Shown: positions 1 to 12,200 of the stretch, in pieces
Layout: every line of letters starts with the position of its first letter
How positions within the stretch are numbered: the first letter of the stretch is position 1
Assembly: GCA_051362555.1 (NCBI GenBank)
Contig: CM120641.1
Span: forward strand, 5,766,001 to 5,830,000
Direction: 5' to 3'
Length of the DNA: 64,000 bases
Source: Lingula anatina
Taxonomy: Eukaryota; Animalia; Brachiopoda
Position numbers and translations under genes: made by a program
Notes under the pieces: generated by a model
Databases searched by the model: none
The model's input: the letters and a program-made list of their open reading frames with translations, nothing else
What the model was told of the DNA's origin: nothing

Positions 1-1879
1 TTTAACCAAATTCTGACGGTGCATCTCTTATAAGGAGATTGGAGGTGTTGTACGCTCCTTTTTTCAAGCCAACCACAATAATTTTATCACTATATGTCCC
101 TCAGTGTGGATTGTATAATATTACACATAAAAATATAATCATATTCACTATTTTTTCACATCTTCCACAGCCCAAAGTGCTCATTTAACATAATTCCAAA
201 GCATTGCAACGGTGGTGGAATCTTCCTTGCCACGCAGGCAACCCAAGTTTATTTCGCGGCGGACGTTACGTTTTGATCTTGTGCGGCAACACTTTGGGAC
301 ACTGGATGTCACCGTTTAATTTATGAAACTGTAGTGCTACACGTTTTGTTTGTATTTTTACCAGGCTGTATAAAGTAGACAAAAAGGTGTTAAACTTAAT
401 TTGGTGAAAATATGAGTTAACAAAGAAAAAAGAGTGTTGAAGGGATGACAACTCTTCATTTTGGCAGGATAAGTGCCATAAAACGTATTTTCCTGGGGGA
501 ACGATAATTTCCCTATACTTTCTAATAGTTAATGAATATCAAACTTAGCCCATTGATTTTTTTTATAGTGTGATTACTGTAATAATCTCTAAAGCCATCT
601 ATGAAGGTCCAAGTGGTCCAACAGCAAGCACAGGTTTCAGAATAATTGTAATTGCCGCCGTTTTGGTGGTAATTAAAAATAGAATTTACTATTATAATAT
701 TTCTGTGCTGTTTACAATGTGGGTTTTTTGAATCTGATATGAAGAGTTGTTATCCCTTCAAATGTATTTCAATAAAACGTTTTTTTTTTGGGCTTTCAAG
801 AGATCAGCATATCTATTAACAGACTATAACTGATCCCTACATCTATGTCACTGGCCAAGATCTGGAGAATCTTAAGACAGCTCGCTCATTCAGCTAACCG
901 TACAACCTTGGACATAATAAATTTTAGACATAATTCGAAGAAAGATAAGTTAGTGATGTTGCGATTTGGCCATTACATCGCTACCGTCTTTGACAGCATA
1001 CCAGAATGTGAATATTTCACCAGTTAAAAACATTTTGCTGTTTAAAAGTCTTCATAATGAACGTGTTAATCATATTTTAACACGACAACAAGACCCAAAT
1101 AGGTTAAAAGTGTGTCAAAGTTTAGGCATCCTGCTCTTTTTTATTGTAGCTTTTTTATTGAAAAGGAAAATTTTTTTTTCACAAATTCCTTTTTTATACA
1201 TTTATAAATATAGTCTAGTGAGATTTTCGAAAAAAGGCTCTGCATAAGAGGTAAGGGGCATTTTGGGGTAAAAGTTGGGAACCAGGCTTATAAGCATAAT
1301 TTTGGGATGCTGAATCTGATTTACCCGGTTCCCAAGCGAAAATTTGCGTTTTTAACGGTCTAATTTGCAAAAAAACAAAATGGCCGCCAGCTTTCCTATT
1401 TTCTGCAATATCTCTGGAACTAGACAGGCAAATATGACAAATGAACTGTCTTTACCTATATTTTCAGGGTCGAGGAACATTATTAAGATGTTTCTGTTAG
1501 AATTAGATTTACGCAATTTTCCTAAATATGCAAATTAGGATCGCCATTACTGAAAAACCGTTTTACTTCTGTATCTCTGTAACTAGGCAAGCAAACATTA
1601 CAATTGAAGTGTCTACACCTATGTTCTCAGGGTCAGGGAATGTGATAAATCAGATTTCTTGTCTGATGGGTAGCACTGACTTTGTGAATCGTGTCCGAGT
1701 AGCACCTTTTATTGTTTCTTCCCTGTATCTGTCAAACACTAGTCAATCTGCTGAAAGTTAGAACCTGCCTTCAGAAGTGCTCTTACGTACGTGTCAGCCA
1801 ATCTACCAAAGGTCACTGCATTGTCAGCCTTTCCCAGTGAAATTGCCAGTGCTTTCCCATCAATTACAAGGCAAGGTGA

Positions 1880-2143
1880 GCAGAGGCGGATCCAGGATTA
1901 TTTGAAGGAGGAGTCCGCGGATGCAAAGCCGACCCCCCCCTACTTGGCAACGGGTGGCCTGTTGAAGGGGCCTGTTGAAGGGCCACGAAAAATTTTGGTA
2001 TTTAAGAGGGCGAACGGTGCCATTTGGTATGGTTTACAACTATGATTCAGCTAGTCAAAATTATAATTTCAAGGGGGGGGGGGGCAGAATTCGAAGGTGG
2101 GGGGGGGGGGGGGGGGGTCAGGGCCCCCTTGACACCCCCCCCA
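1880..2143. mobile_element. GC-rich MITE-like fragment inside the Academ-like element
   Basis: Begins CAGAGGCGGATCCAGG and has G and C homopolymer tracts typical of small non-autonomous DNA elements. The matching right terminus is missing. Confidence 0.4.
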
Positions 2144-2759
2144 GTTTAATTTCATCAGGGCAGAATATGTCTTCTGTTTACCTTTCTGTTACAGATTTGG
2201 TCTCAACGAAATCGTTTAGAAGCTTGAGAAACTGCTCAGACTTGCTATTAACACAGAAATGTTTTCCGTATCGTCAATCATTTAATTGGATTCAATAGAA
2301 TATCAGAAGATTAAAGCTAAAATTCAAGAAATTTTGTTAATTAAAATGAAACGATACCAATGGATAACCAGTAATAAACTAATGGAAAAATCGCTGAAAT
2401 GAATGAGGTGAGATGTCATCGTGTACATGAAGTATACACATACATATTGACATTTAATATGGAATATTTTAATTCAAAAGCAAAGCGTTGATAATAAATT
2501 AACTTTTTAAAAAAATTGATCACAAACGACAATTGTGATCAGGTATATGTGTAGCCAGGTGTGCTGGTTATTGTTCATTAAGCTGCTTTCTCTGAAGCGC
2601 GGTTATATTACGTAATATGTGGCAGTTTCTCTGAGCAGTCCTCTTTGGCTGGTTACAGAATGCGTATAAAAGGGAAGCAGTTCTGCAGAATAAGTCTCTA
2701 TATTTCGGCAACGTCCAGTCAGAAGAGTTTGATATTTTGCAGACTCTTAGCTGACCTTA

Positions 2760-3740
2760 CGGTATGTGAACTAACGGCAGCAACTTGCCACGCTATTGTT
2801 GCATTATGCCAGAATGGACAGAAGCAAACTGCTATTGCCAGACAGCTGAATGTGTCCCAGGGAGCAGTTTCTAACGTCTTACAGAAACACGCCCAGACTG
2901 GTGCATTAACACAGAGACCACGGCCAGGACGTCCTAAAGTCACCACCAGAAGGGAAGACCGCTTGCTTCTGCGGTTATGTCGCAACAACCGGACAAAGAC
3001 AACTCTTGCTGTACAAAATGAGTGGCAAATTACCATTCAAAAGCATGTTTCAAGAAATCTAGTGAATGTAAGGCTACTTTTAGCTGGTTAACTCTATGAA
3101 CAGAGCAGCATGGTGGGCTAGACGCCATTTGCAGTTCCAGGCACAGCACTGGGTTCATGTAGATTTTTACAGATGAGGCAGGGTTTGAGTGTCACCACGC
3201 GATGGCTGAATCAGAGTCAGTAGGTTTCCAGACGAGTTACTGCACGAGGATTGTGTCACACTACAGTGACTTGTGGCCGTGGCAGTATCTGTGTATGGGC
3301 CAGTTTCCACGCTGGAGCCAAAACACTATTGGTGGCAATTGACGGAAACCTCAACCAGATAAAATGCAGGGACATTTTAGAGAATAGTTGCTTGCAGTTT
3401 GCAAGAAGGTACTTCCAGGACAACTTCATCCTGCAAGATGACAATGCCCGACCACACCGTGCCCATGCAGTAACTGCTTTTCTGCAAAACCAAGAGGTAA
3501 ACCAGTTGCCTTGGCCGACGAAATTCCCCTGACATGGATTCTATAGAAAACCTGTGGGCATAAATGGCTAGCAGAATCAAGATCTTACCCGTCCAGCCTA
3601 CAAATCGGCACAAGCTTAGGCAAGCTCTGACTTATGCGTGTAACACAATACTGGATCATACTCTCAGAAACCTCTCTGCATGGATCCCTTGCCGAGTGAG
3701 GGCTCTGGTTGCAGCTACAAGAGGCTGCACGCGTTGTTAT
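2760..3740 (+). pseudogene. Degenerate Tc1-like (DD34E) transposase
   Basis: Fragments show a paired-like HTH (IARQLNVSQGAVSNVL), GRPKVTT and R-REDR motifs, SICVWASF, QDDNARPH, and WPxxxPD..IENLW split by a frameshift. In-frame stops (e.g. 3089-3091) and frameshifts are present. Confidence 0.85.
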
Positions 3741-4970
3741 CAGTTTCCATTTTTCACATTTGTCTTGATGATTCTTTTGTGTGAGAGAAAATCCTTACCA
3801 ATTGATATTCTTGATAATATCGAGTTCATAAGAATTTAATACCTCGTTGTTATCAGCTATAAAATTATCCATGCGCTGTTTATAACGCTGATTTGAATAC
3901 GCATTTAAATGAAATTTTTGATGATGTATTCACACGGGTTGATTTATTAAAGCCATATCGAACATGATAACAAGTGTTTTTTTCATCCATTACTAATATA
4001 TGGGAAAAAATCAAAGAAAATATGTTTGAAAAAAAATCCATTTTAAATGTCAAGTCTGTACAGTGCGTCACATGAATTACTTGATTCAGCAAATCGCTCC
4101 ATTGCATTAATAAGGTGATCTTTTTTAAATCTAGGTAAAAGGGGTAGTTGTGTGATCCAATATGTTTACATCCCAATGGAAGCGCAGTATTTAATTGCAA
4201 AATTCAATTCAGATTCGAATAATTGCTACAGTGTAACAGTGAAGCACTCATTGCTGATTTGATTATAGTGAAAATGTCTTAATCACTTTAACTTACGCTG
4301 AAAACATGGGTATGGGCACTTCATATGTCATGTTTGCTTGCCTAGTTAACGTAAAAGCAGTTCTGAAGGTAGGTTCTAACTATCAGCAGATTGACTTGTG
4401 TTTGACAAATACAGGGAAGAAACAATAAAAAGTGCTACTCGGACACGATTCGCAAAGTCAGTGCTACCCATCAGACAAGAAATCTGATTTATCACATTCC
4501 CTGACCCTGAGAACATAGGTGTAGACACTTCAATTGTAATGTTTGCTTGCCTAGTTACAGAGATACAGAAGTAAAACGGTTTTTCAGTAATGGCGAACCT
4601 AATTTGCATATTTAGGAAAATTGCGTAAATCTAATTCTAACAGAAACATCTTAATAATGTTCCTCGACCCTGAAAATATAGGTAAAGACAGTTCATTTGT
4701 CATATTTGCCTGTCTAGTTCCAGAGATATTGCAGAAAATAGGAAATCTGGCGGCCATTTTGTTTTTTTTTGCAAATTAGACCGTTAAAAACACAAAATTT
4801 CGCTTGGGAACCGGGTAAATCGGATTCAGCATCCCAAAATTATGCTTATAAGCCTGGTTCCCAACTTTTACCCCAAAATGCCCCTACTATTCATCTTTTG
4901 TGGAAATCCCACTAGACTAATATGTATAAGTGTTGTTATAAATATGTATGAAACAAATGACTGACTGCCT

Positions 4971-7900
4971 TCAACTTCTCTCATTTTTCTTAGGTGTTTT
5001 AGATTGTGGTAGAAATGGTTTCAGATAAAGGTGCTTGGCTTCTGTCATCAAAGATTTATATGGTGTAGGATTAGGAAACATCACTGGAATTTTCAGGATA
5101 TTGAGTGCCCTGGGGGAGAGAAAGACCAGGTTCTGAATAAGTGAGCATCCTCCAGATACACCCCAGTATAAAGTCATGCTCTGAAAAGAAAAAAAAAATA
5201 CATCTGAATTTTAACTTGAATAATTTTAACTAACACTAAACATGATTAGGACACACTTTTTTAATTTTATGGATGACATCCTGCGCGCGCATGGATTTTC
5301 GCCCGTTCTCCAAAAAAAAAAAAAAAAAAGCCCCCCCCCCCCAGCCCCCAACGAAGTCGGTTGTCGCAAACGTTGTTATTGAATTTGCAAGGAAATGAGC
5401 TTTCTGCGCATGCGTATTTTCGCCACGTGGAAATGCGGCCACTTTGCTGTCAAATTCATCTCTAGGATTACTTTCAAATTACACAACAATAAAAGTCATA
5501 AAGAGAATGGGAGCCATCGTTTTGGATTGGTATGCCATTGATATTGGGCATGGAGATATCACCTTTTTACAATTGTGCGAAAGGCTGGCGGCGGCCGAAA
5601 CATTTCTGTGACATTCTGTATAAAGCAGCACATTAATACCAGGTTTTCTGTAGCGAAAAAAGGGTCGACAAGGGCGTCGAGGTATTTGGTGGGCTGAAGG
5701 TCGGACAGGCCACCTGACAGTTTAGCTGCTTTGTGTGAGTTGAAGTTGACAAAATGGCATCGTCTGAAATGACCTTTAATAGATTTGGTAGTATTAAGCA
5801 TATCTTTGCATCATTTTTTAAACATTTCTGTGAAGTGTTCAAAATGTTTTAATATTCTGAGAATACAAATAAAGACACACTGTTTGATTGATATTTGTTT
5901 TATTGATTGCTATACCAAATGAATGCATGAAATAACCTTAAATAGATTTGGTAATATGAAGTATATCAATTCATGACTTTTTTTTACATTTCTACGAAGT
6001 ATTCACAATGCTTTAATATTTTGAGAGCATGGATAAAGACATATTGTTAGTTTGATACGTGTTTCTGTGGTTAAATTTGTGTTTCCAGCTGTGTACTGAC
6101 AGCATTCCTTTACTTAAGCATTTTTTTTTTTTTTTGGACTGTTTTTTTTTTTTTTTTTCGCCCTCTCGCACCGATTTTGGGGTACCCAGAGGATGTCATC
6201 CATAAAAATAAAAAAGTGTGGCCTTAAGGCCACACTCAGAACAGTGGACTAACTAGTCCGTGGCAACCCACTAAAAAGCTTGCCATCTAATCTGCTAATA
6301 GACACTGAACAGATTCCCCGTGGGGAAGTATTCAAGTGAGTTGACCATCTTTGAATCTTGGACTAGTTAGTCCACTGTTCTGAAAGCAGACTCCTCCCCT
6401 CCTTAAGCAGAGTTGTTTAGAGACAACAGAAAACATGGATGCAACTATTTGCTCTGCTGAAGCCAAGTGAAGGAAAAAAAAAGTGACTTAAAACTACACT
6501 TATGGGGGTTTTTGAGTCTGGAATTTGAAGGAATATCTCTATAATGACAAAAAATTTTCACAGTGCTATTTTATCTTGAGTGAAAGTAAACAGTCTAAAA
6601 TTTTAGGTCTAAAGGTTAGAACAACTTTTGATACGAAGTTCTTTTATGAAAGTGAATATGAGACATTAAATAAAACAACAGTCTATTTCTTACTAAACTG
6701 CAAAGTGAATAATTTAATGCATTTTTTCTGCCCTGCTGACCACAACACATAGCAAAACTATTTTACACTTACACAAGGTAATATTGAAGAAAGATACAGT
6801 AGCCAAGTTGCTCCAAGATGACCAAAAACAGATACTGTCTTCACCACTAATGGCATTGGACGTCCCTGTAGTCTCTGTCTTGTTGTTAAAATGGACATCT
6901 GAAAAATTATCACAGCATCATAAATCTACATTTTCAAAATAACATATCTGTACCACAATCAAATTTAAATCTACATTGTGGAAAGCTAAATTTATCTTCT
7001 AAAATATTCTGAAAACTTAATGTGTATTGCATATGTACAAACAAGTTCTGTTTTAAAACAGCCGAGTCCTTTTTGCTTTGTCTATATACAAAAACAATTA
7101 CCAAGTGATACAACTGGATCCTTTTACATTTGCTCCAAAAGCTCTTGCACTCTGATATAAATCTTCAGCCATAAAAGATAAAACTGTTACAGACCATGTT
7201 TTTGTCTGGTCTTAATCTAAGGTGGAAAACAATGGCAGCATACCTGACTAGTGATGATAAGGATGGAAAAGGTGATCAGACCTAGAGCCATAGATGTATC
7301 TGGGAGGAGTAAGTTTGGGAACCATGCCACTCCTCCTTCAGCAAACCCTGGCTCAAACAACCCCCCTAAAATAGATAACACATGAGGTAGTGATTTTTCA
7401 CCCTGACACACTGAAAAATAACTCTCATTTGCTTGATCACAGTGATTCACAGTCATGGACATGACTCTATTTTTTTCTGCTTCACAGTCTGAGCAAAAAA
7501 TGACCCAAATCTTTAGAATTTTGTGCCATTGCAACATATACAGAAACATAGGCACACCTGCACATGCATGAACACGTACACACACACACCACATTGTACA
7601 AATTCTAAGTGAAACTAGTAATTTTTCATTCCAACTTAATATATTATGCACCAATAACTCCTTACTTTCTCCTGTGAATGGAAGGGGTAATCCACTCATA
7701 TTCCTCAGTGCTGCACTCATAGAGAACCACAGTGAGGCTTGGATCAGCATAGCAAGGGTTGGTTGTAGGGGGTGGACCATGTATTTCTCGTAGTGGTCTT
7801 TTCTTAATGTCTTAAACTAAATAAATAATATTACAATAACAGAGCTCCATTTAACTGTCAATTAAGAAACACTGTAAATATAAGATTGTGCTATTGTTAA

Positions 7901-8973
7901 ATATGGGATTTACCTATCAAAATGAATCTTTTTGTGAGGAAAAAAAAACAGTTTTCTTCTACTCAAGAATCATAGTTCGACCTGTCCATGTACTTTAAAT
8001 CATGCTTTATCCCTTTTTCTTGTCAAAGATTTATTTCTAAGTGACTGGCCAGTCATTTAAGACCCCACGTCTTCCTGTACATTTCAGATGGAACTAGCAT
8101 CAGGCACTTATGTTTGAGGTGTTATATACTGTAGTATTGAAGTATTTTACATTGGGAAAGATTACAGTCATGATAAGAAGCTTTGCAGGGTATGTAGACA
8201 TAGAAATTGTGATTCTGGGGAAAAAATCAAACACTTACAGTATACCTTTAAATATGTTGAGGCCACCATGTAGGGATATCTCAGTACAACAGAACTGTAA
8301 CTTAGTATTTCAGAAGATAAATGTTGTGAACCTGATCAAGCAATGCTGTTACTGTGAACTTGAAATCAAAGGGATAATTCACTCATGTAGGTCGTTTTAC
8401 CTACAATTAACTTACACTATCTTCTAGCTCCTGTTTTCTTTCTTTATCAGAAAACCCCATGACCCGCTGCATATGATAAAGGTTCTGATCCACCAGTTGC
8501 CTTTTGACAGCAAGTTTTTGGTGTACACTTTGATATATGGCCCTCTTGTATACAGAATACCAGAAGAGAGGGAATATGGACAGTTTAGCAATTATTGCAG
8601 CTGATATAATGGTGCCCCACCATGGCAATCCTGTTACATCGTGTACCCATTCCAAATACCTGATACCAAAATCAACGCATGGATTCGTCTCTGGGTTGAA
8701 CAATTTCGACAGACCACTGAGAGGATGTCCAGATGAACCGTTTGTTAAAGTCCTTTTTTGTTGGTAGGAATGCAGAACCGGCTGTACAGAAACACCTAAT
8801 ACATGGCAGTTACTAAGATCCCTTTGGTGTGAAAAACCAGCACTAATACGGCTATTCTTGAGTAATTTTGTATGTTTCGTTAATGTCAACTTTCCTCTTG
8901 CAGAAAAATGCCGGTGGGCATTTACTACGATACCCATGGTTATTGTAGTCGATTTGTACATAATATGTATCAT
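4971..8973 (-). CDS. COX18: Cytochrome c oxidase assembly protein COX18 (Oxa1/YidC-family insertase), ~403 aa, 5 coding exons
   Basis: Exons 8973-8416, 7816-7666, 7410-7244 (an in-phase alternative acceptor exists at 7365), 6898-6773 and 5180-4971, all GT-AG and phase-compatible. Motifs: VHDVTGLPWWGTII, IQASLWFSMSAALRNM, GGVAWFPNLLLPD, SMTLYWGVS..SLIQNL, plus a basic N-terminal presequence-like region. A strong acceptor at 9142-9143 implies an upstream non-coding exon. Confidence 0.85.
5249..6223. mobile_element. Non-autonomous DNA transposon (Zator- or PIF/Harbinger-like) in COX18 last intron
   Basis: ~34-bp TIRs (GGACACACTTTTTTAATTTTATGGATGACATCCT / AGGATGTCATCCATAAAAATAAAAAAGTGTGGCC) with TTA on both sides (5246-5248, 6224-6226). 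No coding capacity. Confidence 0.7.
6228..6392. mobile_element. MITE
   Basis: Perfect 24-bp inverted repeat TCAGAACAGTGGACTAACTAGTCC (6236-6259 vs 6360-6383). The internal TCCCCGTGGGGA palindrome also occurs in the MITE at 32141-32355. Confidence 0.65.
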
Positions 8974-9253
8974 ACATGTAATGTTATTAAAGTTTAAATT
9001 AGTAATAGAAAAGACACATGTCTTAGCTGCACATTATTCATCTGATAAATGTGCCCACTTGCATTTCCCTCTCCTTTAGTCTTCTTGTCAGGCTCTTCTT
9101 GGCACTCTTTGGATTTTGGAGACGGGAAGCAAATATACTTCCTGAAAGAGAAACAAACGAAGGTTTCACTTCAATTTAATCAAAATAGGGTCCCTTTTTA
9201 GCAAGCAGAACACCAAAGATTGCCACGGAGCACCAGAAAAGAACAGCACGCTG

Positions 9254-12200
9254 ATGGAGAGTGCAGAAAGTATGAGCTTGTATTTATTTATTTTTCGTTA
9301 TACTCGATACATTTTTTCTTATTACCTGCGCCGTAGCACAAGTATAACTACTGTAATCTGTATGTTTATTACAGACCGCTGCATAGCTGCATGTACATCG
9401 GAGTATTAGGTCGGAATCATAGAAACTAATCCACTCCTTCTAAAACTTAATCTACCAACAGCGGCAATGTCACTACCTGATGTTGTAGTTCTGGTCCTTG
9501 ACTCGCTCTTTACCTGATCTGCTAGTGCTACATAACTCGGGCTCCGGTCTGCTTAAATTGCTCAATACACCTCAATACAGCGCTACACAGCATGATACAC
9601 TTGGAAAAAAAAAAAAAAAGAAAAAAAAAAAAAAAAAAAAAAAAAAAGAAACAGGTCCAGTTGCAAGTAAACACAGAAAACGATCATTCTCAACAAAATA
9701 AGGTGATATAAAAGCAAAATAATTGACTAGATTATTGATATCATTGATATAACTAACACATCGGCGCTACTTCAATATCGTTGGGTTGGCAGCCATGTTG
9801 GCTTGTGGCTCTTTTTGACAGTATTACTGGCCAAGAAGAGACACTAGTCAACATGGTGATTGACCCGACGATAAACAAAGGGTGCCAATTTCTTAAGTTT
9901 TATCAAGGCGTTTAATTATTTAGTAACATATTTTGCTCTTATATCAGCCTATTTTGTTTGGAATGACCGTTTCCCATGTTAACTTGTGACTGGACTTGTT
10001 TTTTTCAAGAGTATTGCGCTGTGTTGCGCTGTATTGCGGTGTATTGCGCAATTTAGGTAGACCCCTCAGGCTCCACTCCTGCTTCCTATTTAGATTTTTA
10101 ATGACCTGAGTAAATTTAAAGTCATAAGTAGGATCAAGTGCCAGAGGCATGTCATTCTGTCTATTCAGCTATTTACATTACATAACTTTATATTTATAAG
10201 TTAAAGGAAATGTATATCAGTTACCAATACTTTTTTTCTAAAAACACCTTGCAGTGGAACCAAAAAGAAGTTTTGTCAGAATATATTATGTTGCGCTGTG
10301 CATTGTAGCAGTGGTCAAAGTGCCTCTGCATGAATTGCTGATCCATTAATAGCATCTAGATGCAGTTTAATGCCCTGGTCAACCTTCACCATTAAATAAA
10401 TAAATAAATAAAAACTTGATATAATTGTTAAAGCTAAGATTAGTTTGGGTATTATACGTTTACTGTCAAACATGAAAACTACTGGTAGGTCTCAAAAACT
10501 GTCACAAGTTGTATTTGAAATCACTGAGCGCTTTTATTCACACTGGGTAACTTAGAGCATTGAATTCAAACCTAAATGTGCCAGTATTCATTTTAATGCA
10601 TATTAAGGCATTGAGACCTTACACGAAATGATTTTTACTAAATAATTAATGACAAAGGAGGTGTGATTTCATTTATATGCAGAGCTACAGTTTTTAGTTA
10701 AATGATTGCTACTATACAGCTCATTGGTTGTACATGTATTGCTAGTGTTAATAAATTTTCACAATGTTACTTCTGTTTCAGAGCCAGCTACTGCCGTGAA
10801 CACAGTGGATACATCAGGAGGGCCTTTTGGGTATGCAAATGGTATTAATTTATGCATCTCTGGCTTATTGATATAGTTGTTTATATCGTTTTTTTTAAAT
10901 ACTGAATTGGGAGTTACTATAAGAATTGATAGGCTTTTGTGTTTTCAATTTTGATAAACTGTCAATGTATGTGTTGTAACAATTGTTATTTAAAGTGCTG
11001 TGATAATGAATTAATTTTATACATGTATTTTGTACAAATGTCTGTAGAGAAAATTTGTTTAATAAGCTGTTTTTGAAATTAAGACAATAATAAATATATA
11101 AGTACTGCTGATGTTAAAAAATTCACTAAAATTGGTCTCAACAGTGGCTTTCATAGATCTTAGTGGACTTAATTATATTTCATGAAAATACCAAAAGGTC
11201 TAAAATGCCATTTAGTTTTTTAAGTATATTGAAGCCAATAGAGCTTTTTCGTGATTGTCTTGGCAATAATTTTTCCCTCAGATGTAACTGTGAAATAAAA
11301 AGAAAAAAGAAGAAGCTTATCTTGAAGCATATTTTCTTTTTTAATAAAAATGCACACATTCCATACAGAACTGCCTGTGACAATATAGCATTGTATTAGA
11401 GGAGCTGATTTAGTTTATTGTAAATCTGCTTAACAATAATTGCACTAGGAGAGATAAAATGAAATCATTTCTCCACAGACACAATGATGAGAAGAGAACA
11501 AATTAAATAATAGCATTTAATATTTTGCTCTACAGTTTGAATACACAGTTACAATCATACAGTTATTTTACCTAGAATGACTTTAAGCCTTGATCTATCA
11601 CATTACTACACACATAAAGTTTAAAACAGTCACTATTGAATAGCGCCACATTAAAATGTTATTCATGTTTTGCAGTCCAATCATCATCACAATTTTCATT
11701 TGTTATCTCCTCTGAGAATAACCCCTCTATTATTTCCAGTTGCCTCTTTCTTTAAGATACAAAAAATAAGCAATATCTGTCATTTGTCCAGAAAAATAAT
11801 ATCCAAAGTTATCCATTGCTCATGCCTTGTTGTGTATCCATGTGCACTTGACATCATTGTGCCAGGCAATCTGTAAGACAAATGAAACATCAATATGAGA
11901 AACTGCAGCTTAAGAGCTGGTTATACATCTAATGGTACTCTATAATAGTGTTATTTCTCAAAAGCAAACTACCTTGGTGAATTGCATATTACATGTTTTT
12001 AAAAAATGCGGAGTGATTTCTATATGCCCCCTGCCCTCTTCCTCAAAAGTCAACTATGGTAATAAGTTCCTGTACTGTTATTCCTAAGTCAAAACATAGC
12101 GCTGTGGCCAATATCTAGAGTTTTACAGCCAGACTGTTTTTATCTTCTTTTCACTTGAGTATCAATAGTCTTTCTCTCTAAGGTTATCCATGAAACATAT

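Larger units (their letters stand above)
1211..4919. mobile_element. Non-autonomous Academ-like DNA transposon with ~575-bp TIRs
   Basis: Termini are TAGTCTAGTG (1211) and CACTAGACTA (4919). 1211-1788 is the near-identical reverse complement of 4349-4919, apart from ~35 bp of divergence just inside the ends. A 3-bp duplication ATA flanks it (1208-1210, 4920-4922). TAG..CTA ends, long TIRs and a 3-4 bp target-site duplication (TSD) fit the Academ superfamily; the assignment is inference. Confidence 0.75.

Noticed and set aside
437-761. 23-bp inverted repeat TTGAAGGGAT(G/A)ACAACTCTTCAT
   Set aside because: No TSD or defined termini; probably a subterminal relic of an old transposon that cannot be delimited.
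1528-4609. Twin 77-aa ORFs at 1528-1761 (+) and 4376-4609 (-)
   Set aside because: They are mirror images within the two TIRs and have no protein features.
8974-9420. Possible microprotein or uORF in the COX18 5' leader
   Set aside because: The most protein-like frame (SIFASRLQNPKSAKKSLTRRLKERE..) has no upstream ATG with the donors tested. The other frame gives an unrecognisable peptide.
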